A DNA stretch of 64,000 nt from Dehalococcoidia bacterium (GCA_965226915.1 CBDDEJ010000002.1:102798-166797); one strand, 5' to 3'; shown: positions 1 to 10,296, numbered from the stretch's first letter. Notes: generated from the sequence alone by a model not told the origin. Numbers and translations: made by a program.

Positions 1-1078
1 ATCTGGGATCGGGGTGCTGCCGTGGCTGCCCGGAGGAATTGGGGCGCCTGGTGGCGTCGATGCGTTCAATCGTGCCATAGCAGGTCTCGGTCATACCAAA
101 GCCCACAATGATGTCCGTTCCGAACCTGTCTTGGAATTCTTGAAGGAACTCCGGGGAGAACGCTGGAGACCCGTAGAACAACCGGACCGGATTGTCCTTG
201 TCGGAGTCCAGTGGGGGTTGCTTGGCCAACACGGGCATCATCATGCCGATGAAATTCACCACCGTGGCCTGGGCATCCTTCACCTGGCCCCAGAATCGGG
301 AGGCGCTGAACCGGTCGGCCACGATCAACGCCGCCCCCGACGCCAGAGTCCCCATGGTGGAGTAGTACTGAATGTTGGCGTGGTAGTAGGGAAGGCAAGT
401 GAAAAACCTGTCATCGGTCGTTGCCTGGGTCCAGTGGGCGAACCCCTGCCCGGCCGCCACGTACATCTGGTGGGTAACCTGCACCCCCTTTGGATTCCCT
501 GTGGTGCCAGAGGTGTAGCCCAACATGGAAATGTCGCCTGGCGAGACCTGGGGCCGGGCTTCCAAGACGCTGGATGCCGCGATTCCTTCGCCGAAGCTGA
601 TCCAATCCGAAGAGTTCCGGTCATCCGCCTTAGCTCCGCTGTCTGTTACCGCCAGTCGTCGCCGCAATTCCGGGGCCAACCGAGCCGCCTCACCGGCGAC
701 CGCCAACAGCGACTCATGGGCCACAAACGCGACGGCCTGGGAGTCGTTTAAGATATAGGCCGTCTCGTCCCGCTTGTAAGCCGTGTTAATGGGCACGCCG
801 ATGGCGCCCAAGATAGACAGGCCGAACCAGCAATACAAAAACTCGGGGCAATTGGGCAGGAAAAGGCAAACCCGGTCGCCGTGGCCCACCCCCAGGCTTT
901 GAAACAGTTTCGCAGTCTGTAGCGCCCGCTGATGAAAATCCCGGTAGGTGATGTTTTGGCCGGATATCTCCACGAAAACCTTGCTGGGGTTCCGCGCGGC
1001 TGCCTCATCTAGAAACTCCCCCAGGGACATTTCCCACATAAGGCGATTGGGGTCTTTAGGTCCGGCAATATCGGTCAT
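1..1078 (-). CDS. AMP-dependent acyl-CoA synthetase/ligase (N-terminal ~360 aa; 3' end runs off the window)
   Basis: Reverse translation from ATG at 1078 reads MTDIAGPKDPNRLMWEMSLGEFLDEAAARNPSKVFVE...MLGYTSGTTGNPKGVQVTHQ...YYHANIQYY. It contains the AMP-binding signature SGTTGxPKG. It is absent from the ORF track because the frame stays open to position 1. ORF 14..751(+) is its antisense shadow. Confidence 0.85.
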   Translation of the reverse strand, partial: MTDIAGPKDPNRLMWEMSLGEFLDEAAARNPSKVFVEISGQNITYRDFHQRALQTAKLFQSLGVGHGDRVCLFLPNCPEFLYCWFGLSILGAIGVPINTAYKRDETAYILNDSQAVAFVAHESLLAVAGEAARLAPELRRRLAVTDSGAKADDRNSSDWISFGEGIAASSVLEARPQVSPGDISMLGYTSGTTGNPKGVQVTHQMYVAAGQGFAHWTQATTDDRFFTCLPYYHANIQYYSTMGTLASGAALIVADRFSASRFWGQVKDAQATVVNFIGMMMPVLAKQPPLDSDKDNPVRLFYGSPAFSPEFLQEFQDRFGTDIIVGFGMTETCYGTIERIDATRRPNSSGQPRQHPDPR

Positions 1079-1804
1079 TTTCACGGTGTCAGGGCGCCAG
1101 AAGAATCTCAAGTTCTATCGGGCGGCGGACAATGGCGTTAGATTCGGCGCACGCTCAACTTGCCAATCAAACTACCATGGGACGGAAAGGCGGTCAATGG
1201 GGATGCCAGACCGCTTCCAGTTAGCCTGATTTGCCAATTTGACACCCCTATGGCGGCGTTATTCGATTGTGACACAAACATGAATTTGCGGTGAACATTT
1301 AGTAACAGTGAGTCTGGCGTTCATATGTGAACGCGCTGAAAAACTTAAACACCAGTTCTGGAGGGCGGCATCCCCCTGGGGCGGGTTCATTCGGCAGCAC
1401 GTTGCTGAATGATTGGACACGGCGGAACAGCGGACCCCCAGGGGTTTGACCGCCGGGCTAGAAGGTGCCTTTCAAGATTGGTCGTGCGTCCGGATATGGC
1501 GTCACGGCCGTTTTTTTTTGGCGTCATCACCCCTCCCCGATGTTGGATTGGCCGGCCCGGAGAAGCCAGGCGGTCTTAACGGCTTTATAGCTGACCAAGG
1601 AGGGCAGGGGTTATGAATAAAATGGCGATCCTGGGTTTAATGTTGTGGCCCTGGCCGTGCTGGCCTTGTCGCCGGTGTACGGGGGGAAAGTGCTGGGTGA
1701 GGGAGGGCAGCAAAAACAGAAAGTGCTAATCGGCTTCTCGAGTCCGCCTGGCCCGGCCGAAGAGGCGTTGGTCCATCAAGCCAGTGGCAGCGTGAAATAC
1801 GCGT

Positions 1805-3043
1805 TTGAAATCGTTCCCGTCATCGCCGCTTCAGTGCACCACCGAAACTTTGGCGTGGGGCGTGGACCGAATCAACGCTGAACACGTTTGGGGCGGCTCT
1901 GAGAATGCCACAAACGTGGCCTCAGGTATGAACGCGGGCGCCGGAGTTGACGTGGCCATCATCGACACAGGCATAGACCTGGATCACCCGGACCTCGCCC
2001 CCAACATCAAGGCCAACGCGAGTTTTGTAGCCGGGACGTCAACTGGCGACGACGACAACGGCCATGGATCTCATGTCGCCGGTATCGTCGGTGCCGTCGA
2101 CAACCGGCAGGGAGTTATCGGCGTCGCGCCCGAGGCCAATCTTTACGCGGTCAAAGTGCTGGACCGGTACGCGCAGGGTTGGATCAGCGACGTGGTTTCC
2201 GGCATCGAGTGGGCCAACGGGATGCATGGCGGCCACAGGGTCGATATCATCAACATGAGCCTGGTGGCCAGCTCAGATTTCCAGACCCTTCGGGATGCGG
2301 TAACCGCCGCGGAAAATGCAGGGGTGCTGGTGGTAGCCGCAGCCGGAAATACTGGAACGTGCGGAGGGTCGGAGGACAACGTCAAGTATCCGGCGCGCTA
2401 CAGCGCGGTTATGGCCGTGGCAGCCACCACCAGCGGCGACGGACGGCCATGTTTTTCCAGCACCGGAAGCAGCGTTGAAATAGCCGGGCCTGGAGACAGC
2501 GTCTTTTCCACCTACAAAAATGGCGGTTATACCACCAACAGCGGAACGTCCATGGCCTCGCCTCACGTTGCCGGCGCCGCAGCCCTGGTATGGGCCTCAT
2601 ACCCAAGGTGGACCAATCAACAGGTGAGGGACCGGCTTCAGGACACGGCGGAGGACATAGGTTTGCCCCCGGCGTGGATGGGGCATGGGTTGGTGGACGC
2701 CCAGGACGCCGCCGCGGCTTCCGCTCCAGCCGCCACCGGGTCTGTGGCTGGGACAGTGATCAACGCCGCCACCGGCGCCGGCATCAGCGGCGCCACGGTC
2801 ACGGCGAACTCGGGCCAGTCAGCAATGACCGATTCCAACGGCGACTATGCGATCTCCGGTATTCCCGCAGGCAGCCGGGAAATAACGGCCTCGGCGTCGG
2901 GTTTCGCTCCAATCTCGGCCACGGTAAACGTCAACGACGCACAGACGATGGTGGTTGATTTCTCACTCCCGGCTTCGGCTGACGATGGCGGGGGCGGCCC
3001 TCCGCCATGCAAGGGCAAGCGAAAGAATGACTCGGGCTGCTAA
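1805..3043 (+). CDS. Subtilisin-like serine protease (peptidase S8) with C-terminal carboxypeptidase-regulatory-like beta-sandwich domain; signal peptide and propeptide lie in other frames
   Basis: Catalytic motifs DTGIDLDHPDL, HGSHVAGIVGA and GTSMASPHVAGAAALV are present. The C-terminal GTVINAATGAGISGATVTA...SNGDYAISGIPAG pattern fits the regulatory-like domain. SD AAGGAGGG at 1597-1604 precedes ATG 1613, which opens a signal-peptide-like start in a different reading context (see findings). Confidence 0.85.
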   Translation: MKSFPSSPLQCTTETLAWGVDRINAEHVWGGSENATNVASGMNAGAGVDVAIIDTGIDLDHPDLAPNIKANASFVAGTSTGDDDNGHGSHVAGIVGAVDNRQGVIGVAPEANLYAVKVLDRYAQGWISDVVSGIEWANGMHGGHRVDIINMSLVASSDFQTLRDAVTAAENAGVLVVAAAGNTGTCGGSEDNVKYPARYSAVMAVAATTSGDGRPCFSSTGSSVEIAGPGDSVFSTYKNGGYTTNSGTSMASPHVAGAAALVWASYPRWTNQQVRDRLQDTAEDIGLPPAWMGHGLVDAQDAAAASAPAATGSVAGTVINAATGAGISGATVTANSGQSAMTDSNGDYAISGIPAGSREITASASGFAPISATVNVNDAQTMVVDFSLPASADDGGGGPPPCKGKRKNDSGC

Positions 3044-3064
3044 TAGGCTCCCATAGCATAAAAA

Positions 3065-3092
3065 GGACCCCACAGTGTTGGCTGTGGGGTCC
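3065..3092. terminator. Bidirectional GC-rich hairpin between convergent genes
   Basis: GGACCCCACAG-tgttgg-CTGTGGGGTCC forms an 11-bp perfect stem. It lies between the stop of the S8 protease (3043) and the stop of the minus-strand gene (3143). Confidence 0.6.
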
Positions 3093-3142
3093 CATTCTTA
3101 GGGTCGGAGTTTAGGCAGTTGGTTTTTTGGATCGCGGACCTC

Positions 3143-3871
3143 TTAGTTAGAGGAGAGGTCAGCGGTCTTGGCCAGCCTGACCTCGTCGACGATCAGGGAG
3201 CCTTTGCCGATGAAGGCTTTGGCTTCGGCAGAACCGGCCTGCCACTCGGCGTTGGTTGTTAGTTCGGCTTTCACTTCTATGAAGTGGTCACCGGACTCAA
3301 AATCAAGTTTGACGAAGTTGAAATGATGAGCGCCGACTGTTTGGATGATCAGTTGGAGCTCTTCTTCAGTCAGGTCGCACTCGGAGTAATTGATTACATC
3401 GTCGCCATTGGTGTCAACGCAGTCTAATACGCCGCCAAACTGGGCGATCAGCTCCTGGGACCTGGCGCAGAACCGCACCTCGCCCGGGGCTGCCATCTCG
3501 ACGCCATCAACCATGACCTTTACTCGCACCATAGCTTCGGCCTTAGAGGCGTCTTTGTCACCGCCCTTGCTCCTTACTTTGGTGTCGGTGTAGAGGCCGC
3601 ACTCTAGAGAAACGCCAAATACGGTGTCTTCCCACTGGGGCGTGCGAATCTCACCAGAGAGAATTTTCGTCCAGTTGTCTGCACCACTGGTTTCGGTGTC
3701 CCCGGTGGAAATCAGCGTGAGGTCATCACTCATGATCCCCATATAGCCGGAGTTCTGTGCTTCCACTTTATTATTGGTTGCGGCCCAAAATGCAAACGCC
3801 ATTAAAGCGATGCTTATCGCCATCAAGGGCAACAGCAACTGGGATTTGTTCATGCTGCGGATGTAGTTCAT
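3143..3871 (-). CDS. Hypothetical secreted/membrane-anchored protein
   Basis: ORF 3143..3949. An internal ATG at 3871 is preceded by GGAGGA at 7-nt spacing. The N-terminus MNYIRSMNKSQLLLPLMAISIALMAFAFWAA looks like a signal peptide or anchor. I recognise no family. Confidence 0.6.
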   Translation of the reverse strand: MNYIRSMNKSQLLLPLMAISIALMAFAFWAATNNKVEAQNSGYMGIMSDDLTLISTGDTETSGADNWTKILSGEIRTPQWEDTVFGVSLECGLYTDTKVRSKGGDKDASKAEAMVRVKVMVDGVEMAAPGEVRFCARSQELIAQFGGVLDCVDTNGDDVINYSECDLTEEELQLIIQTVGAHHFNFVKLDFESGDHFIEVKAELTTNAEWQAGSAEAKAFIGKGSLIVDEVRLAKTADLSSN

Positions 3872-4303
3872 TTCCTGATCCTCCAAATTTTGATTGGTTC
3901 GGGCGCCAACCCTGTCACGACTTGCGACCAGATGGTCACGGCTTGTCACGACTTGTCACAAATGATTGTCCTATAGCTGGTTTGAATTAGTGATGCCTAG
4001 ATGGTCCCGACACGGGGTCAACTAGTGTCGATGCAGTGTAAAAAACGTTACTCATCAGGAACTAGCCGTATCGTGCTACCCAGCAGGGGCTAGCTGGATT
4101 GTGTTACCCGAAAATGGCTATCCAGGCGCGTCTTTATTCATTGCTCGTAACTGGAAAAGCTGTTGAGGACTAACCCGATGGCATGGGACGTATGACAGGG
4201 GCCTGAATTTTTGAGAGATCTCTGATTCGTCCAAGACCTGCCAGCGCCTCGGTTTTACTAATAGTGGACATGTCTATCACGGCGGTATTACTATTCTCCC
4301 GTC

Positions 4304-5023
4304 ATGGTCAGCGAGCGTATACAGAGACGAATCGACATTCTATTAGACGAAGCCGACGAGGCTGTCGCCAAATCGGATTGGGCGGCGGTCCGCGACCGGG
4401 CCCAAAACGTGCTCCGGTTTGACCCTGAAAACCAAGATGCGCTGTCTTATCTGGCTGCCGCCGAGCGGGATTCGGAACCCCCGCAATCTGAAGCAACTGC
4501 CGGCCCAAGTCTGATTTCTGCTCCAAGCCCAGGCGCCGCGGCGGAACCTGCCTCCTTCGCCAACGGCCGCTACCGGGTCAAGAGGTCCCTCGGCGAAGGA
4601 GGGAAGAAAAAGGTGTTTCTGGCCCATGATTCCCTCTTGGACCGGGAGGTGGCTTTCGCCCTTATCAAGACCGACGGCTTGGACGACACCTCCCGCGAAC
4701 GCATCCAGCGTGAAGCCCAGGCCATGGGCCGTCTGGGGTCCCACCCACATTTAGTCACCGTTTTCGACTTAGGCGAAGAGGAAGACCAACCTTATATGGT
4801 CACCGAACTAATGGGGGCGGCGACGTGGAGGGATTAATGGAGGATGCTCCAGACCACCGGCTTCCGCTGGAGCAGGCAATCAGCATGGCCGTGGAGACCT
4901 GCCGGGGCTTGGAGTTCGCCCACAGCCGGGGAATAGTCCATCGTGACCTGAAGCCGGGCAACGTGTGGCTGACCTCAGACGGTGTCGCCAAGATCGGCGA
5001 CTTTGGTCTAGCAGTGGCCCTAG
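4304..5023 (+). pseudogene. Ser/Thr protein kinase-AAA ATPase-TPR protein, N-terminal part (kinase N-lobe to DFG), frameshifted
   Basis: ORFs 4304..4837 and 4825..5070 carry GEGGKKKVFLA, HRDLKPGNVWL and KIGDFGLAVA. The frame changes at the G5 run at 4813-4817. One extra G would restore ELMGGGDVEGL. Confidence 0.8.
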
Positions 5024-5198
5024 AAACTCGGACGGAAACCCCGATTCTCCCCAAGTCGTCGTTTTCTTAGCGACGATTGGCGATGTAACAGTGGGTTCTT
5101 GAACCGTATTACAGACACTATCATGCCACATAAGACTATAATACGTCTGTCTGGCGTAGCGCGAAACCCGGCCAATGGCTTTCCGGCCAGACCTCTAG
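5020..5198 (+). mobile_element. MITE family 1, copy 1 (179 bp including both flanking CTAG), inserted in the kinase activation segment
   Basis: Near-identical copies lie at 10118..10296 (inverted) and 19844..20022. It is bounded by CTAG at 5020-5023 and 5195-5198. Removing 175 bp rejoins ...DFGLAVA-L-DRSRLTTEGMMVGTVSYMPPE in frame. Confidence 0.85.
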
Positions 5199-8100
5199 AC
5201 CGCTCCCGCCTGACAACCGAGGGCATGATGGTCGGCACCGTGTCCTACATGCCGCCGGAACAGGCCATGGGCGGCGGGGTGACTCCCCAGTCGGACCTGT
5301 ACTCCCTGGGAGCCATGCTTTACGAGATGGTCACCGGCAGGCCGCCATTCCTGGGTGACGACTCGGTTGCCATCATTGGACAGCACATCAACACGCCTCC
5401 GGTCAGTCCCACCTGGCACAACGATCAATGCCCCCGCCAGCTAGAGGCCTTGATCATGCGCCTGTTGGCCAAAGACCCGTCGGGACGGCCAGAGTCTGCC
5501 TCAGACGTTTTGTCCGGCTTGGAAGCAATAGATTTGGTTGACGACGCAGGGGCACGGCATGACGGACCTCTGCCCGGCGAGGAACACTCGTTGGATAGCC
5601 TGGCGGGCGGCGTGTTCGTGGGCAGGCAGCGGGAAACGGGCGACCTGAAGGCGTGTTTGGAAGACGCGTTGTCGGGCCGGGGCAGGTTGGTGACTTTGGT
5701 GGGAGAGCCTGGAATCGGCAAGACCAGGACGGCTCAAGAACTGGCCACCTACGCTGGTCTTCGCGGCGCCCAGGTGCTTTGGGGCCGCAGCTATGAAGAG
5801 CAGGGTGTGCCGCCCTACTGGCCTTGGATTCAAGCAATACGTTCGTATGTCCGGGAACGGGACCCGGAGCAGCTAAGCTCGGAGATGGGCTCGGGGGCCG
5901 CTGACATCGCCGAGGTAGTTTCCGACGTCCGGGAACGCCTGCCCGGCCTGCCACCGGCGCCCAAATTGGAGCCGGAGCAGGCCCGGTTCCGCTTGTTCGA
6001 CTCGATCACAGCCTTCCTAAAAACGGCGTCTCATCGGCAACCGCTGGTTTTGGTTTTGGACGACCTGCACTGGGCGGACCAGCCGTCGCTGCTGTTGCTC
6101 CAATTCGTCGCCCGGGAGTTGGCCGGAGCGCGATTGTTGCTCATCGGCACCTACCGGGACATGGAGTTGTCTAGCCAGCATCCTCTGGCCGAAGCACTGG
6201 GTGAGCTGAACCGGGAGCGCCTTTTCCAGCGAGTGCTGTTGCGGGGGCTGAGCCAGGAGGACGTGGGACGTTTCATCGAGATGACCTCGGGCAACAGCGC
6301 GCCTCAAGGGTTGATCGAGGCGGTTCACACCCAGACGGAAGGAAATCCTCTGTTCGTGACCGAGGTGGTGAGGATGTTGGTGCAAGAGGGGGAACTTAGC
6401 GGCGATCCTTCGACGGGCTCACGAAGAACGGGGGAGACGGACTCCTGGACCATACGAATTCCTGAAGGAGTGCGGGAGGTGATCGGGAGGCGTTTAAACC
6501 GGTTATCCCAACGTTGCAACGAAGCCCTTACCGTGGCCTCGATACTTGGCCGGGAGTTTACACTGGCCCAATTGAGCCCGCTGGTCGAAGAGGTGAGCGA
6601 AGACCGGCTGTTTGAGGTTCTGGAAGAGGCCCTTGCCGCTCGGGTCATTGAAGAATTGCCTCAATCCGTGGGCCGCTACCAGTTCACCCACGCACTGATC
6701 CAAGAGACCCTCGCCGCCGAGTTGTCCTTGACCCGGCGTGTACGCCTCCACGCCCGCATCGCCCAGGCCTTGGAACAGCTGTACGGGGACGATGCCGAGG
6801 CCCACGCCGCCGAGTTGGCTCACCACTTCGCCCAGGCCCAGACTTTGACCGGTCCCGAAAAGCTGGCGCGCTACTCTCTGGTGGCTGGGGAACGGGCGCT
6901 GGCCTCCTATGCCTTCGAGGACGCACGTGCTCATTTTGAGCGAGGCATGGCGGCCAGCGGCATAGCTTTATCCGGAACGGAAACGGCTCCCGATGAAAAA
7001 GCCGCTGACTTTCTTTTCGGGATGGCGCGGGCCCTATCCGCCACAAGTGTTGGGCCTCAGCTTGTGGCGGCGTTCATCAACCTAACCCGCGCCTTTGAAT
7101 ACTACGCCGAGGCGGGGAACGTCGCACAGGCAGTAGCCGCCGCGGAGTTCCCAATCGCACCGCCACCCTCTCGGCTTCCAGGTGTCGCTCAACTTATGGC
7201 CCGCGCTCTTACTCTGGTCCCGGCCGATTCCCACGAGGCGGGGCGCCTCCTGTCCCGGTATGGTGGGGTCCTTGGGGCCGCGGAAGGCGACTATGAAGGC
7301 GCTCAACAGGCTCTGAGGGGGGCGATCGCCATCGCCAGGCGCGAGGGGGACGTGGCCTTGGAGGTGCAGACCCAGGCCTATGCCGCTAATGTGAGCGGGG
7401 TACACCTTCGCTGGCAAGAAAGCGTAGACAACGGGCTGCGAGCAATCGAACTGTCCACGGGTGATGAACATACCTGGGCTGATCTGAGTGCACGCTACTG
7501 GATTGTGGTGCCTTTAATTTTAACGGGCGACCTTGATGCTGCCCGCCCCCACGCTTTGGCGTTGAGCGAACTGGCGGATAGGCGAAGCACTACCCAACAA
7601 TCCGCCGGCCAAGGCTTTTCGCTGATCACGACCCTGGTGTGCCTTGAGGGAGACTGGAAGGCAGGCCGTGAATATAGTGAGCGGGGCCTGGAGGCGGCGC
7701 CATTACATTCTCCACTCCTATTCAGCAGAGCTCTGTTGGAACATCAGATGGGAGAGCATGCCCGAGGAAGCGAATACCTGGAATCGCTCCTAGAGGCGAT
7801 GGGCCGGGCCGGGCCCGACCATTCGCTCGCGGCTGCAAGGGCGTCTAACGCGATACCAGCAATAGCCCGCATTACGGGTATATCCGACCGCCTGGAAATA
7901 GCCGAGGCAGCGGCTGAGGGAATTCTTCGGGAACAGTTCGCAAATGCTTTTGTCATGATGCAGGCCAAGGCAGCGCTGGCCCTTCTGGCCGTGCTGAAGG
8001 GCGACGAGCCCGCGGCGGAGGAGCATTATGATTACCTTCAGGAGCACCGAGGCAAGATGATATGGACGGTTTCATCGGTCGACCGCCTGCTTGGCCTCCT

Positions 8101-8359
8101 GTCACAGACTATGGGAAATTTGGACCAGGCCACCGCGCATTTCGAGGATACCCTGGCGTTTTGCCGCAAGGCGGGCTATCGTCCTGAACTGGCCTGGACC
8201 TGCTGCGACTACGCCGACACGCTGAGGGAACGGGGCAATGACGGTGACAAGGAACAGGCCGTCACCCTATTGGACGAATCCCTGGCCATCTCCAGCGAGT
8301 TGGGCATGCGGCCGTTGATGGAGCGGGTGCTGTCGCGGCGGGAGATTTTGAAGGCGTAG
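5199..8359 (+). pseudogene. Ser/Thr kinase C-lobe + AAA_16/STAND-type ATPase + TPR-like C-terminal region (continuation of the 4304 gene)
   Basis: ORF 5099..8359; its first 100 nt are MITE-derived. Motifs: GTVSYMPPEQ, Walker A GEPGIGKTRT, Walker B LVLVLDDLHWAD, and a long helical repeat C-terminus. Confidence 0.8.
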
Positions 8360-8409
8360 CCTGTCACCGGGTCCCGCAAAAAAATAATTGCCAAAATGGA
8401 GGCACTGTA

Positions 8410-9426
8410 ATGCCGTACGGAGACAATGACTGGCTCGCTTTGACCCAAGAGCCCACGATAGAACCGGATCTCCCCATCTGCGACCCCCATCACCACTTCT
8501 GGGACTTCCGCACCGTGCGTATTCCCTACCAGCGGTACTTGCTCCACGAACTGGCCAACGACGTCAACAGCGGCCACAACATCCGCTCCACCGTGTTCAT
8601 AGAGACGCGGGGAATGTACCGACTGGACGGACCGCAGGAGTTGCGCCCGGTCGGTGAGGTGGAGTTCGTCCAGGGTCTGGCCGCCGCCAGCGCCAGCGGG
8701 CTCTACGGCCCCACCCGGGCCGCCGCCTCCATCATCGGCCACGCCGACTTGAAACTGGGCGGCCGGGTTGCGCCGGTGCTGGAAGCTTTGCAGGCCGCCA
8801 GCCCCAACCGTTTCCGCGGGATTCGCCACTCCGTTGGCTGGGACCCGCACCCGGAGGTGGAAAACCGGGAGACGCAGGGAATATTAGCCAACGATGATTT
8901 CCGGGAAGGCGCCCGGGTGCTGGCCGGCATAGGAATGTCCCTGGACACCGGGATGGTTTTCCCCCAACTGCCCGAGCTGGCCGACTTCGCCAGGGCCGTG
9001 CCAGACCTCACTATCGTCTTAAACCACATCGGAGGTCTCATGCGGGTGGGCCCTTACGGCAATCGGGAAGATGAAGTTCTGCCCGTTTGGCGCAGCGGTC
9101 TCGCCGCCGTGGCCCAGTGTCCCAACGTCGTCCTAAAATTGGGCGGCCTTGGACAGCCTCGCTACGGTTTTGATTGGCATGAATGGGACCAACCCGTTGG
9201 CTCGGAAGCGCTGGCCGAGGGCTTGGCGCCGTTCATGAACTACTGCATCGAGCAGTTCGGACCGGACCGGTGCATGTTCGAGAGCAACTTCCCGCCGGAC
9301 AAGGTGTCCTACTCGTACAATATTCTGTTCAACGCCTTCAAACGTTTATCCCAAAGCCACTCGGCCACCGAGCGTGCGGCCATGTTCCACGACACTGCGG
9401 CTCATGTGTACAGGATAGAGGGTTAG
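8410..9426 (+). CDS. Amidohydrolase-2 family metal-dependent hydrolase (TIM barrel)
   Basis: ORF of 338 aa. The N-terminal ICDPHHHFWD metal-binding motif is typical of Amidohydro_2/COG3618-type enzymes. Confidence 0.7.
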   Translation: MPYGDNDWLALTQEPTIEPDLPICDPHHHFWDFRTVRIPYQRYLLHELANDVNSGHNIRSTVFIETRGMYRLDGPQELRPVGEVEFVQGLAAASASGLYGPTRAAASIIGHADLKLGGRVAPVLEALQAASPNRFRGIRHSVGWDPHPEVENRETQGILANDDFREGARVLAGIGMSLDTGMVFPQLPELADFARAVPDLTIVLNHIGGLMRVGPYGNREDEVLPVWRSGLAAVAQCPNVVLKLGGLGQPRYGFDWHEWDQPVGSEALAEGLAPFMNYCIEQFGPDRCMFESNFPPDKVSYSYNILFNAFKRLSQSHSATERAAMFHDTAAHVYRIEG

Positions 9427-9494
9427 CGTCCCGGATATTCATTCCAAAGCAAGTATCCAGGAGGCCGGAAGTTGTTAAGCGATGATCCCGGGAA

Positions 9495-10121
9495 GTGAAT
9501 AGGATGAATGATACGGTTGGCCCCCAGGATGTGAGGTCTGCGGCGGCGGCCTGTCGAGAGACCCTGTCCAGCGCCGTTGATCTGGACTGGTCGGTTCGGG
9601 CGGGCACTCTAGACTGGACCTGCCGCCAAACCCTGGAACACATCCCAAATACTCAGATATCCTATGCATCTCAGTTGGCTACCGCCGCCACGGACCGAAT
9701 CCCGCGGGCACAGGGAGGCCAAGACCAGCTTACAATCGCGGAATTGATCTTGTCCGTGAAGGTGAACGCCTCAATCCTGGAGCATGTGATTCGCGCCGCG
9801 CCGCAGGGGGTCCGCGCGTTCCATTCGGCCGGCATGGCTGACGCCAGCGGGTTCGCGGCAATGGGTTGCGACGAGATCCTGATCCACACGGCGGACATAG
9901 CAGCGGGCTTTGGAATCAGCTTCAAGCCGCCTGACGACTTATGCGGCCGCGTCCTCGCCCGCCTATTCCCATGGGCGCCGGCTGACGTTGGGGGCTGGGA
10001 CGCTTTGAGGTGGGCGAACGGGCGCTTAGCTCTGCCGGAAATGGGCCCTCAAGACGAAAACTGGCGTTGGCACTGTGCGCCGCTGAGCGAATGGGACGGG
10101 CAGATTGCCCGGCGCGCCTAG
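9495..10121 (+). CDS. DinB/maleylpyruvate-isomerase N-terminal-domain-like protein
   Basis: ORF of 208 aa. The N-terminal pattern ...VDLDWSVRAGTLDWTCRQTLEHI... resembles the mycothiol-dependent MPI N-terminal (DinB-fold) family. Its TAG stop is part of the CTAG target of MITE copy 2. Confidence 0.45.
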   Translation: MNRMNDTVGPQDVRSAAAACRETLSSAVDLDWSVRAGTLDWTCRQTLEHIPNTQISYASQLATAATDRIPRAQGGQDQLTIAELILSVKVNASILEHVIRAAPQGVRAFHSAGMADASGFAAMGCDEILIHTADIAAGFGISFKPPDDLCGRVLARLFPWAPADVGGWDALRWANGRLALPEMGPQDENWRWHCAPLSEWDGQIARRA

Positions 10122-10296
10122 AGGTCTGGCCGGAAAGCCATTGGCCGGGTTTCGCGCTACGCCAGACAGACGTATTATAGTCTTTTGTGGCATGATAGTG
10201 TCTGTAATACGGTTCAAGAACCCACTGTTACATCGACAATCGTCGCTAAGGAAACGGCAGATTGGAGAGAATCGGGGTTTCCGTCCGAGTTTCTAG
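10118..10296 (-). mobile_element. MITE family 1, copy 2 (inverted orientation)
   Basis: Reverse complement of copy 1 with a few SNPs. CTAG lies at 10118-10121 and 10293-10296. It sits between two convergent genes. Confidence 0.85.

Noticed and set aside
14-751. 245-aa plus-strand ORF at the left edge
   Set aside because: It is the antisense shadow of the acyl-CoA ligase. The reverse strand carries the SGTTGNPKG AMP-binding signature, and the + ORF has an Arg/Gly/Pro-rich, low-complexity composition.
1500-1525. T9 run flanked by TGGCGTCA direct repeats, considered as a terminator
   Set aside because: No stable stem precedes the T-run, so it is not a convincing intrinsic terminator.
5099-5198. 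Recurrent peptide MNRITDTIMP(H/Q)KTIIRLSGVARNPANGFPARPL at 5099, 10217(-) and 19923
   Set aside because: It is encoded inside the three MITE-1 copies and has a different continuation in each context. It is a by-product of the repeat, not a gene.
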